This document shows, one piece after another, positions 39,101-52,449 of a DNA stretch of 64,000 nt. Both the position numbers and the translations under genes were made by a program. The notes below the pieces were generated by a model that saw only the letters and a list, made by a program, of their open reading frames with translations, searched no databases and was not told the DNA's origin. The stretch is from Antedon mediterranea (lineage: Eukaryota > Animalia > Echinodermata): contig NC_092678.1 of the NCBI RefSeq assembly GCF_964355755.1, positions 21,221,365-21,285,364 on the forward strand, given 5' to 3'. Every line of letters starts with the position of its first letter. Position 1 is the first letter of the stretch.

Positions 39101-42100
39101 GTCAACCTTAACAGCAAGTCTACACCAAGAAGATTGATGTCAACCTTAAAAGCAAGTCTACATCAAGACGATTGACGTCAACCTTAACAGCAAGTCTACA
39201 CCAAGACGATTGACGTCAACCTTAACAGCAAGTCTACACCAAGACAATAGATGTCAACCTTAACAGCAAATCTACACCAAGACAATAGATGTCAACCTTA
39301 ACAGCAAGTCTACACCAAGACAATAGATGTCAACCTTAACAGCAAGTCTACACCAAGAAGATTGATGTCAACCTTAAAAGCAAGTCTACATCAAGACGAT
39401 TGACGTCAACCTTAACAGCAAGTCTACACCAAGACGATTGACGTCAACCTTAAACAGCAAGTCTACACCAAGATGATTGATGTCAATCTTAACAGCAAGT
39501 CTACACCAAGACGATTGATGTCAAACTTTGGTTATGTTCAGCACTTAATTTCACCATTTTTAAATGCTGTCCTTTCCCACTTCCAAATTTTCCTTGTGCA
39601 ACATTTCTATCCAGTTGCTTTTTTCACAGTTTGTTTAGCACAACATTCTTGTTTTTGCAATAGCACTGACTCCCTTGTCTTTTTTAAAATCTTGAACTCT
39701 TTTAATTGCTTTCTCTGATGTACTGTACAAAAGGTTGGTTTAGGTTTCTTCAATCTCCTTACAGCAAGTCTACATGAAAACAAGTGATTTCAAATTATAG
39801 TCTACACGAAGAAGATGCAAAATATAAGACATTTAATTTAGGTTACATTCAGTCTTAATTCCACCATTTTTAGGTCCTCATACCATCCCTCCTATTTCTA
39901 AATCGTACAAAATGTTGCATACATCACACAGAGCATCAATTCCAGATGAAGACGAATTATGTCAACTAAACAGAAAGTCTACACCAAGAAAATTGACATC
40001 AACCTTAACAGCAAGTCTACACCAAGACGATTGATGTCAACCTTAACAGCAAGTTTACATGATGAAAGATAGGACACTTGCGTTACATTCAGAACTTTCA
40101 GAATGTTTAAGCTCTATCCCCTCCCTTTAATTTCAAAATCGTCCTTATTGTGCAATGTTTCCATGCAGCTGCTTTTTTCAGAGTTTGTGCTTTAGCGAAG
40201 CATTCTTAATTTTGCAACAGCACCGACAATTTTGTCTTATTTTTTTTCTTATTCTATGATGTACAAAAGATGAGTCACAGGTTTCTTCGGTCTCTTTGCC
40301 CCAAGTTCATGTACATCAAGGCAATTGTAGTCAACCTTAACAGCAAGTCTACATCAAGACGATTGATGTCAACCTTAACAGCAAGTCCACATGAAGACGA
40401 ATGACGTCAACCTTAACAGCAAGTCTACACCAAGACGATTGACATTAACCTTAACAGCAAGTCTACACCAAGACAATTGACGTCAAACTTTGGTTACGTT
40501 CAGCACTTATTTCATCATTTTTAAACCCTGTCCTTTCTTCCTTCCAAATTGTCCTTAGTGTGCAACATTTCCATCCAGTTGCTCTTTTAAAGTTTGTTAT
40601 GCTTTAGCACGCCATTCTTGCTTTTGCAATAGCACGGAATTTCTTGTTTTTTTTAAATCTTGACCTCTTTAAATTGCTTTCTCTGATGTACTGTACAAAA
40701 GGTGATTTTAGGTTTCTTCAATCTCTTTACAGCAAGTCTATATGAAAACAAGTGATGTCAAATTAAAGTCTACATGAAGAAGATATATGTCAAATTGCAG
40801 TGCAAAAGATAAAACATTTAATTTAGGTTACATTCAGTCTTAATTCCACCATTTGTAAGTCCTCATCCCATCCCTCGTAGTTCAAAATCGTACAAAATGT
40901 TGTTTTACTTCACACATAACATCAATTCCACATACAGAAGAATGATGTCAATCTGAACAGAAAGTCTACATGAAGACGAGGTTGACACAGCTGTTGGAAG
41001 TCTGACCCAGCCATTGGAAGTCTGACACAGCCATTGGAAGTCTGACACAGCCATTGGAAGTCTGACGCAGCCATTGGAAGTCTGACGCAGCCATTGGAAG
41101 TCTGACAAAGCCATTGGAAGTCTGACACAGCCATTGGAAGTCTGACAAAGCCATGGAAAGTCTGACAAAGCCATGGAAAGTCTGACCCAGCTATTGGGAG
41201 TCAGACAAAGCCATTGGGAGTCAGACAAAGCCATTGGGAGTCAGACAAAGCCATTGGAAGTCTGACACAGCCATTGGAAGTCTGACACAGCCATTGGAAG
41301 TCTGACACAGCCATGGAAGTCTGACACAGCCATTGGAAGTCTGACACAGCCATTGGAAGTCTGACAGCCATTGGAAGTCTGACACAGCCGTTGGAAGTCT
41401 GACCCGCCATTAGAAGTCTGACCCCGCCAACGTTAACAGCAAGTCTACATCAAGATGATTGACGCCAGCTTTAACAGCAAGTCAACACCAAACGATAAAC
41501 ATCAACCATGACAACAAGTCTACACCAAGAAGATTGACGTCAAACTTTGGTTATATTCAGCACTTATTTCATCATTTTTAAACCCTGTCCCTTCTTCCTT
41601 CCAAATTGTCCTTAGTGTGCAACATTTCCATCCAGTTGCTTTTTTCAAAGTTTGTTATGCTTTAGCATGCCATTCCTCCTTTTGCAATAGCACTGACTCT
41701 CTTGTCTTTTTTAAAAACTTGACCTCTTTTAATTGCTTTCTCTGATGTACTGTACAAAAGGTTGATTTAGTAATGAAAACATTTCTTCTGGTTTCGATTC
41801 GTATAATGATATAAGTAGTTCTTTGAGGTTGGTTTAGGTTTCTTCAATCTCTTTACAGCAAGTCTACATGATAGTGATGTCAAATTAAAGTCTACATGAA
41901 GAAGATATATGTGAAATTGCAGTGCAAAAGATAAAACATTTAATTTAGGTTACATTCAGTCTGAATTCCACCATTTGTAAGTCCTCATCCCATCCCTCCT
42001 ATTTCAAAATCGTACAAAATGTTGTTTTAAGTCACACATAACATCAATTCCACATGAAGACAATGACGTCAACCCTAACAGCAAGACTACACCAAGATTG

Positions 42101-45100
42101 ACGTCAACCTTAACAGCAAGTCTACATCAAGATGATTCACATCAACCTAACAAGTCTACATGAAGACGATTGACGTCAACCTTAACAGCAAGTCTACACC
42201 AAAACGAACGATGTCAAACTGTTGTTACGTTTAGCACTTAATTTCACCATTTTTAAACCCTGTCCCTTCCCCCTTCCAAATTGTCCTTAGTGTGCAACAT
42301 TTCCATCTAGTTGCTTTTTTCAAAGTTTGTTATGCTTTAGCGCAACATTCTTGCTTTTGCAATAGCACTGACTCTCTTCTCTTTTTTAAAATCTTGACCT
42401 CTTTTAATTGCTGTCTCTGATGTACTGTACAAAAGGTTGGTTTAGGTTTCTTCAATCTCCTTACAGCAAGTCTACATGAAAACAAGTGATTTCAAATTGA
42501 AGTCTACACAAAGAAGATGCAAAATATAAGACATTTAATTTAGGTTACATTCAGTCTTAATTCCACCATTTTTAAGTCCTCATCCCATCCCTCCTATTTC
42601 AAAATCGTACAAAATGTTTTACATCACACATAACATCAATTCCACAAGAAGAAAAATGATGTCAACCTAAACAGAAAGTCTACATGAAGAATATTAACTT
42701 AACAAGTCTACACAGAGAAGATTCATGACGTCAACATTAACAGCAAATCTACACCAAGACAATAGATGTCAACCTTAACAGCAAGTCTACACCAAGACGA
42801 ATTTTGATTAATTAAATTAATTGTATCGACATATGAATAACTATTTAACTTGTGAATTACTCTTTTCAGATCTTGCTTCTATGAAGGTATATTGAAGGTA
42901 TCAATCTTAACAGCAAGTCTACATGAAGACGAATGACTTCAACCATAACAGCAAGTCTACACCAAGATTGACGTCAACCATATAAGCAAGTCTACACCAA
43001 GACGATTGATGTCAAACTTAACAGCAAGTCTACACCAAGAAGATTGATGTCAACCTTAAAAGCAAGTCTACATCAAGACGATTGACGTCAACCTTAACAG
43101 CAAGTCTACACCAAGAAGATTGATGGCAACCTTAAAAGCAAGTCTACATCAAGACGATTGACGTCAACCTTAACATCAAGTCTACACCAAGAAGATTGAT
43201 GTCAACCTTAACAGCAAATCTACACCAAGACAATAGATGTCAACCTTAACAGCAAGTTTACACATAGACGATTGACGTCAACCTTAACAGCAAGTCTACA
43301 CCAAGACAATTGACGTCAACCTTAACAGCAAGTCTACACCAAGAAGATTGATGTCAATCTTCACAGCAAGTTTACACAAAGACGATTGATGTCAACCTTG
43401 AAAGCAAATTTACACCAAGAAGATTGACGTCAACCTTAACAGCAAGTCTGCACCAAGATTGACGTCAAACTTAACAGCAAGTCTACATCAAGACGATTGA
43501 CGTCAAACTTAACAGCAAGTGTACATCAAGACGATTAACGTCAAACTTAATAGCAAGTCTACACCAAGAATTGTTAGAAATCAACCTTAACAGCAAGTCT
43601 ACACCAAGAAGATTGACATCAACCGTAACAGCCAGTCTACACAAAGACGATTGACGTCAACCTTAACAGCAAGTCTACACCAAGAAGTTAGATGTCAACC
43701 TTAACAGCAAGTCTACACCAAGACAATTGACGTCAAACTTTGGTTACGTTCAGCACTTATTTCACCATTTTTAAACCCTGTCCCTTCTTCCTTCCAAATT
43801 GTCCTTAGTGTGCAACATTTCCATCCAGTTGCTTTTTTCACAGTTTGTTATGCTTTAGCACGCCATTCTTGCTTTTGCAATAGCACTGACTCTCTTGTCT
43901 TTTTTACAAACTTGACCTCTTTTAATTGCTTTCTCTGATCTACTGTACAAAAGGTTGGTTTAGGTTTCTTCAATCTCTTTACAGCAAGTCTACATGATGA
44001 TAGTGATGTCAAATTAAAGTCTACATGAAGAAGATGTCAAATTTCAGTGCAAAAGATAAAACATTTAATTTAGGTTACATTCAGTCTGAATTCCACCATT
44101 TGTAAGTCCTCATCCCATCCCTCCTATTTCAAAATCGTACAAAATGTTGTTTTACGTCACACATAACATCAATTCCACATGAAGACAATGACGTCAACCC
44201 TAACAGCAAGACTACACCAAGATTGACGTCAACCTTAACAGCAAGTCTACATCAAGATGATTCACATCAACCTAACAAGTCTACATGAAGACGATTGACG
44301 TCAACCTTAACAGCAAGTCTACACCAAAACGAACGATGTCAAACTGTGGTTACGTTTAGCACTTAATTTCACCATTTTTAAACCCTGTCCCTTCCCCCTT
44401 CCAAATTGTCCTTAGTGTGCAACATTTACATCCAGTTGCTTTTTTCAAAGTTTGTTATGCTTTAGCGCAACATTCTTGCTTTTGCAATAGCACTGACTCT
44501 CTTGTCTTTTTTAAAATCTTGACCTCTTTAAATTGCTTTCTCTGATGTACTGTACAAAAGGTTGGTTTAGGTTTCTTCAATCTCTTTACAGCAAGTCTAT
44601 ATGAAAACAAGTGATGTCAAATTAAAGTCTACATAAAGAAGATATATGTCAAATTGCAGTGCAAAAGATAAAACATTTAATTTAGGTTACATTCAGTCTG
44701 AATTCCACCATTTGTAAGTCCTCATCCCATCCCTCGTAGTTCAAAATCGTACAAAATGTTGTTTTACTTCACACATAACATCAATTCCACATACAGAAGA
44801 ATGATGTTAATCTGAACAGAAAGTCTACATGAAGACGAGGTTGACACAGCTGTTGGAAATCTGACCCAGCCATTGGAAGTCTGACACAGCCATTAGAAGT
44901 CTGACCCCGCCAACGTTAACAGCAAGTCTACATCAAGATGATTGACGCCAGCTTTAACAGCAAGTCAACACCAAACGATAGACATCAACCATGACAACAA
45001 GTCTACACCAAGAAGATTGACGTCAAACTTTGGTTATATTCAGCACTTATTTCATCATTTTTAAACCCTGTCCCTTCTTCCTTCCAAATTGTCCTTAGTG

Positions 45101-48100
45101 TGCAACATTTCCATCCAGTTGCTTTTTTCAAAGTTTGTTATGCTTTAGCATGCCATTCCTCCTTTTGCAATAGCACTGACTCTCTTGTCTTTTTTAAAAA
45201 CTTGACCTCTTTTAATTGCTTTCTCTGATGTACTGTACAAAAGGTTGATTTAGTAATGAAAACATTTCTTCTGGTTTCGATTCGTATAATGATATAAGTA
45301 GTTCTTTGAGGTTGGTTTAGGTTTCTTCAATCTTTTTACAGCAAGTCTACATGATAGTGATGTCAAATTAAAGTCTACATGAAGAAGATATATGTGAAAT
45401 TGCAGTGCAAAAGATAAAACATTTAATTTAGGTTACATTCAGTCTGAATTCCACCATTTGTAAGTCCTCATCCCATCCCTCCTATTTCAAAATCGTACAA
45501 AATGTTGTTTTAAGTCACACATAACATCAATTCCACATGAAGACAATGACGTCAACCCTAACAGCAAGACTACACCAAGATTGACGTCAACCTTAACAGC
45601 AAGTCTACATCAAGATGATTCACATCAACCTAACAAGTCTACATGAAGACGATTGACGTCAACCTTAACAGCAAGTCTACACCAAAACGAACGATGTCAA
45701 ACTGTTGTTACGTTTAGCACTTAATTTCACCATTTTTAAACCCTGTCCCTTCCCCCTTCCAAATTGTCTTTAGTGTGCAACATTTCCATCTAGTTGCTTT
45801 TTTCAAAGTTTGTTATGCTTTAGCGCAACATTCTTGCTTTTGCAATAGCACTGACTCTCTTCTCTTTTTAAAATCTTGACCTCTTTTAATTGCTGTCTCT
45901 GATGTACTGTACAAAAGGTTGGTTTAGGTTTCTTCAATCTCCTTACAGCAAGTCTACATGAAAACAAGTGATTTCAAATTGAAGTCTACACAAAGAAGAT
46001 GCAAAATATAAGACATTTAATTTAGGTTACATTCAGTCTTAATTCCACCATTTTTAAGTCCTCATCCCATCCCTCCTATTTCAAAATCGTACAAAATGTT
46101 TTACATCACACATAACATCAATTCCACAAGAAGAAAAATGATGTCAACCTAAACAGAAAGTCTACATGAAGAATATTAACTTAACAAGTCTACACAGAGA
46201 AGATTCATGACGTCAACATTAACAGCAAGTCTACACCAAGACAATAGATGTCAATCTTAACAGCAAATCTACACCAAGACAATAGATGTCAACCTTAACA
46301 GCAAGTCTACACCAAGACGAATTTTGATTAATTAAATTAATTGTATCGACATATGAATAACTATTTAACTTGTGAATTACTCTTTTCAGATCTTGCTTCT
46401 ATGAAGGTATATTGAAGGTATCAATCTTAACAGCAAGTCTACATGAAGACGAATGACTTCAACCATAACAGCAAGTCTACACCAAGATTGACGTCAACCA
46501 TATAAGCAAGTCTACACCAAGACGATTGATGTCAAACTTAACAGCAAGTCTACACCAAGAAGATTGATGTCAACCTTAAAAGCAAGTCTACATCAAGACG
46601 ATTGACGTCAACCTTAACAGCAAGTCTACACCAAGAAGATTGATGGCAACCTTAAAAGCAAGTCTACATCAAGACGATTGACGTCAACCTTAACATCAAG
46701 TCTACACCAAGAAGATTGATGTCAACCTTAACAGCAAATCTACACCAAGACAATAGATGTCAACCTTAACAGCAAGTTTACACATAGACGATTGACGTCA
46801 ACCTTAACAGCAAGTCTACACCAAGACAATTGACGTCAACCTTAACAGCAAGTCTACACCAAGAAGATTGATGTCAATCTTCACAGCAAGTTTACACAAA
46901 GACGATTGATGTCAACCTTGAAAGCAAATTTACACCAAGAAGATTGACGTCAACCTTAACAGCAAGTCTACACCAAGATTGACGTCAAACTTAACAGCAA
47001 GTCTACATCAAGACGATTGACGTCAAACTTAACAGCAAGTGTACATCAAGACGATTGACGTCAAACTTAATAGCAAGTCTACACCAAGAATTGTTAGAAA
47101 TCAACCTTAACAGCAAGTCTACACCAAGAAGATTGACATCAACCGTAACAGCCAGTCTACACAAAGACGATTGACGTCAACCTTAACAGCAAGTCTACAC
47201 CAAGAAGTTAGATGTCAACCTTAACAGCAAGTCTACACCAAGACAATTGACGTCAAACTTTGGTTACGTTCAGCACTTATTTCACCATTTTTAAACCCTG
47301 TCCCTTCTTCCTTCCAAATTGTCCTTAGTGTGCAACATTTCCATCCAGTTGCTTTTTTCACAGTTTGTTATGCTTTAGCACGCCATTCTTGCTTTTGCAA
47401 TAGCACTGACTCTCTTGTCTTTTTTACAAACTTGACCTCTTTTAATTGCTTTCTCTGATCTACTGTACAAAAGGTTGGTTTAGGTTTCTTCAATCTCTTT
47501 ACAGCAAGTCTACATGATGATAGTGATGTCAAATTAAAGTCTACATGAAGAAGATGTCAAATTTCAGTGCAAAAGATAAAACATTTAATTTAGGTTACAT
47601 TCAGTCTGAATTCCACCATTTGTAAGTCCTCATCCCATCCCTCCTATTTCAAAATCGTACAAAATGTTGTTTTACGTCACACATAACATCAATTCCACAT
47701 GAAGACAATGACGTCAACCCTAACAGCAAGACTACACCAAGATTGACGTCAACCTTAACAGCAAGTCTACATCAAGATGATTCACATCAACCTAACAAGT
47801 CTACATGAAGACGATTGACGTCAACCTTAACAGCAAGTCTACACCAAAACGAACGATGTCAAACTGTGGTTACGTTTAGCACTTAATTTCACCATTTTTA
47901 AACCCTGTCCCTTCCCCCTTCCAAATTGTCCTTAGTGTGCAACATTTACATCCAGTTGCTTTTTTCAAAGTTTGTTATGCTTTAGCGCAACATTCTTGCT
48001 TTTGCAATAGCACTGACTCTCTTGTCTTTTTTAAAATCTTGACCTCTTTAAATTGCTTTCTCTGATGTACTGTACAAAAGGTTGGTTTAGGTTTCTTCAA

Positions 48101-49740
48101 TCTCTTTACAGCAAGTCTATATGAAAACAAGTGATGTCAAATTAAAGTCTACATAAAGAAGATATATGTCAAATTGCAGTGCAAAAGATAAAACATTTAA
48201 TTTAGGTTACATTCAGTCTGAATTCCACCATTTGTAAGTCCTCATCCCATCCCTCGTAGTTCAAAATCGTACAAAATGTTGTTTTACTTCACACATAACA
48301 TCAATTCCACATACAGAAGAATGATGTTAATCTGAACAGAAAGTCTACATGAAGACGAGGTTGACACAGCTGTTGGAAATCTGACCCAGCCATTGGAAGT
48401 CTGACACAGCCATTGGAAGTCTGACGCAACCATTGGAAGTTTGACAAAGCCATTGGAAGTCTGACAAAGCCATTGGAAGTCTGACACAGCCATTGGAAGT
48501 CTGACACAGCCATTGGAAGTCTGACAAAGCCATGGGAAGTCTGACCCAGCTATTGGGAGCCAGACAAAGCCATTGGAATTCTGACACCGCCATGGAAGTC
48601 TGACACAGCCATTGGAAGTCTGACACAGCCATTGGAAGTCTGACACAGCCGTTGGAAGTCTGACCCAGCCATTGGAAGTCTGACCCCGCCAGCGTTAACA
48701 GCAAGTCTACACCAAGACGATTGACGTCAACCTTAACAGCAAATCTACACCAAGACGAATGACGTCAACCTTAACAGCAAGTCTACACCAAGACGATTGA
48801 TGTCAAACTTTGGTTACATGTTCAGCACTTATTTCACCATTTTTAAACCCTGTCCCTTCCCCCTTCCAAATTGTCCTTAGTGTGCAACATTTCCATCCAG
48901 TTGCTTTTTTCAAAGTTTGTTATGCTTTAGCACAACATTCTTGCTTTTGCAATAGCACTGACTCTCTTGTCTTTTTTAAATCTTGACCTCTTTTAATTGC
49001 TTTCTCTGATGTACTGTACAAAAGGTGGGTTTAGGTTTCTTCAATCTCTTTACAGCAAGTCTACATGAAGACAAGTGATGTCTACTTAAAGTGTAAATGA
49101 AGAAGATAGACATCAAATTACAATGCAAAAAAATGTAGGTTACATTCAGTCTTAATTCCACCATTTTCCACCAGTCCTCATCCCATCCCTCCTATTTCAA
49201 AATCGTTTTATGTCACACATAACATTAATTCCACATGAAGACGATGACGTCAACCCTAACAGAAAGTCTACATCAAGATGATTGACGTCAACCTTCACAG
49301 CAAGTCTACACCAAGACGATTGACGTCAACACTAACAGCAAGTCTACACCAAGAAGATTGATGTCAACCTTAACAGCAAGTCTACACCAAAATGATTAAC
49401 GTCAACACTAACAGCAAGTCTACACCAAGAAGATTCATGACGTCAACCTTAACAGCAAGTCTACACCAAGATGATTGATGTCAACACTAACAGCAAGTCT
49501 ACACCAAGAAGATTCATTACTTCAACCTTAACAGCAAGTCTACACCAAGATGATTGACGTCAACACTAACAGCAAGTCTACACCAAGAAGATTCATGACA
49601 TCAACCTTAACAGCTAGTCTACACCAAGATGATTGACATCAACACGAACAGCAAGTCTACACCAAGAAGATTGACGTCAACTAACAGCAAGTCTACACCA
49701 AGAAGATTCATGACGTCAACCTTAACAGCAAGTCTACCAA
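36119..49740 (+). repeat. Complex satellite: 38-bp unit runs interleaved with recurring ~270-bp, ~130-bp and ~110-bp modules and 20-bp arrays
   Basis: 38-bp unit AGTCTACACCAAGACGATTGACGTCAACCTTAACAGCA. Module A starts AACTTTGGTTACGTTCAGCAC, module B contains CTCATCCCATCCCTCCTATTTCAAAATCGTAC, module C contains TTACTCTTTTCAGATCTTGCTTCTATGAAGGTA. Near-identical ~3.5-kb tandem duplication at 41408-44890 / 44891-48410. Confidence 0.95.
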
Positions 49741-50229
49741 TTGATGTCAGAAGATGATGTTCTGAATCATGACATTTTCTTATGTATATGTTGTGATAAA
49801 TTAAATTAATTGTATCATGAATATATGTATGAATAACTATATCACTTCTCAATTACTCTTTTCAGATCTTGCTCCTATGAAGGTATTAATGCATGAGACA
49901 ATTGAAGTCACAGGTAAACAACTTCATCGGTAGGCCTACACACACACAACTTAATTCTCTTCTCTACTCTTTCAGATCTGTTTCAAGTGCTGATGCAAAG
50001 CTGTTTTAACTAAACACAGTTATGCCACCTTAAATGGGTATGTACAACAATTTTTGTTTACAGATCAGATGAAATGGTCTTGTGAAAAGCTGTTGAAATA
50101 GCAGGTAGGAAGTGCTAAATGGATCTAGATGAAGAATGATGAATTTTATTTTTACTCTTGGTAAATTATTACATGTTATAGACCTGTAATATGTATGTTG
50201 GTTTTGGTATGATACTTTTTTCCTTGAGT

Positions 50230-52260
50230 AATTTAAATGTATTGTAGCTAAGAAAGTAAAGCTTTTAGTTAGGTAAGTTTAAATGTATTTCAATTAATTT
50301 TATTTGTTTTGAGCATATTTTATATTTAATGTGTAAGGATGGATTATCTTAGTATATTAGTTTTCCTATAGTGTGTCTGTAGCTAATTTAAATGCGAGTT
50401 TCAATTGGTATTTTCTTGGTATATATTTTCTCTGCAGTTAGGTGTGTAGCTAAGTTAAATTTCAGATTAATTATAGTTAAGAAGGTAAGTTTAACTGTAT
50501 ATCAATTGGTTTTATTCTTTTATTATTTTACACAATTTGTAAGGTAGTATTATCTTTGTTTGGTAAGTTTTCCTGCAGGTATGTGTGTAGCTAAGAAGTA
50601 AGTTCAGATTAATTGTAGTTGAGAATTAAGGTATTATGTTTAAGGTAAGTTTAACTGTATATCAATTGGTTTTATTATTTTTTTTTTTTTGTAAGGTGGT
50701 ATTTTTCAGGTACATGTGTAGCTTAGTTAAATGTAAGTTTAGCTATTAAGTTCAAATTTATTATTGTTAAGAAGGTATATGTTTAATTTAAGGTTAAATG
50801 CATATAAATTGGTGTTATTCTTTTATTATTTTATATAATATGTAAGTTGGTATTATCTTGGTATAAGTTTTCCTGCAGGTATAAGTGTAGCGAAGTTCAG
50901 AATAATTGTAGTTAAGATGGTATATGTATAGGGTAAGTTTAAATGCATATTAATTGGTGCTATTATTCTTTTATTATATTATTATATAATGTGTAAGTTG
51001 GTATTATCTTGGTATATAGGTTTTCTTTAGACATGTTATGAGTTACATGTAAGTTTAGCTATAAGTTCAGATTAATTCTGTTAAGGTATAGAAAATATGT
51101 TTAAATGCATATCAATTGGTTTTATTATTTTACAATTCAATATAACTCCCTGGTATTATCTTCATGTAAGTGTTCAAGTTTTTGTTTAAGTTTCATATTA
51201 AATTGTAGTTAAGAGGGTATATGGTTTAAATGCATATCAATTGGTGTTATTCTTATACTATTTTATATAATTTGTAAGTTGGTATTATCTTCATGCAGGT
51301 AAATGTAAGTGTTCAAGTTTTTGTTTAAGTTTCATATTAAATTGTAGTTAAGAGGGTATATGGTTTAAATGCATATCAATTGGTGTTATTCTTATACTAT
51401 TTTATATAATTTGTAAGTTGGTATTATCTTGGTATATAGTTTTTCTGCAAGTACTGTATGTGTGTATCTATGTTAAATGCAAGTTCTTAGCTAAGTTCAA
51501 ATTAATTGTAGTTAAGAAGGTATATGTTTAAAGTAAGTTCAAATGTATATCAATTGGTTTTATTCTTTTAATATTGTATATGATGGGTAAGTTGTTATTA
51601 TCTTGGTATATATTTTTCCTGCAGGTGTGTGTGTGTGTGTAGCTAAATTAAATGTAAGTTTAGCTAAGTTTAGATTGTAGTTAAGAATTAAGGTATATGT
51701 TTAAGGTAAGTTTAAATGCATATCAATTGGTTTTATTCTTTTATTATTTTATATAATGTGTAAGTTTGTATACGTTTTCCCGCAGGTAGGTGTGTAGCTA
51801 AGTTATATTGTTGATAAGAAGTTTCAGATTTAAGGTAAAAGTTTCAATGCATTTCAAATCATTTTATTTGTTTTAAGTTTATTTTATATAATTTTAAGGA
51901 GATATTATTTTGGTAGTATATGTGTAGCTAAGTTAAAATTAAGTGTTGATTAGGAGTTACAGGTTTTAAATGTAAAAGTTTTAATGCATTTAAATTCAGG
52001 TTTTTGTTGCAAATTTATTTTACATAATTGTAAGTTGGCATTACCTTGGTGTAGTAACTTTTTTTTATGAATGTTGCCAAGTTAAATTTAAGTGCAGCTA
52101 AGAAATAAAAGGTAAAGTTTCAATGCATTTAAATTCATGTTTTTGGTTAATTTATTTTATTCAATAATGTTTAAGGTGGTATTATAGTTTTGTGTAGTAA
52201 ATTTTCTTGCTGTTGTGTTTGTAGCTCAATTAGATTTGAGTGCAAAAAGTCAAAGGTTTA
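50230..52260 (+). repeat. Degenerate T/G-rich tandem repeat, ~130-190-bp period
   Basis: Recurrent TTAAATGCATATCAATTGGTTTTATTC / GTAAGTTGGTATTATCTT / CTGCAGGTA..TGTGTAGCTAAG blocks. Confidence 0.8.
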
Positions 52261-52449
52261 AAATAATATATGTTCTGTATCTGTAGGCTAACTATTGTTC
52301 TTCTTAAGCACTATTTTTCAGAGTTGCTAGGAATAGCAGTGCATACTGGAACAGCCTATCATACTTTATTATATGTGCGGGACTATTGGTTGGAATCGAA
52401 GATAAAACAGAATTTACTCATAGGGAGATACAGTTGATGCAGCACCAAG

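Noticed and set aside
40905-41410. ORFs with repeated MAVSDFQWLCQTSNGCVRLP (also 34205-34501 and 48284-48704)
   Set aside because: They are translations of the 20-bp minisatellite, open in all three frames.
35557-49740. CRISPR-like array of 34-38-bp partly palindromic repeats
   Set aside because: Units are head-to-tail without unique spacers, the longer interspersed modules are themselves repeated, the context is eukaryotic and no cas genes are present.
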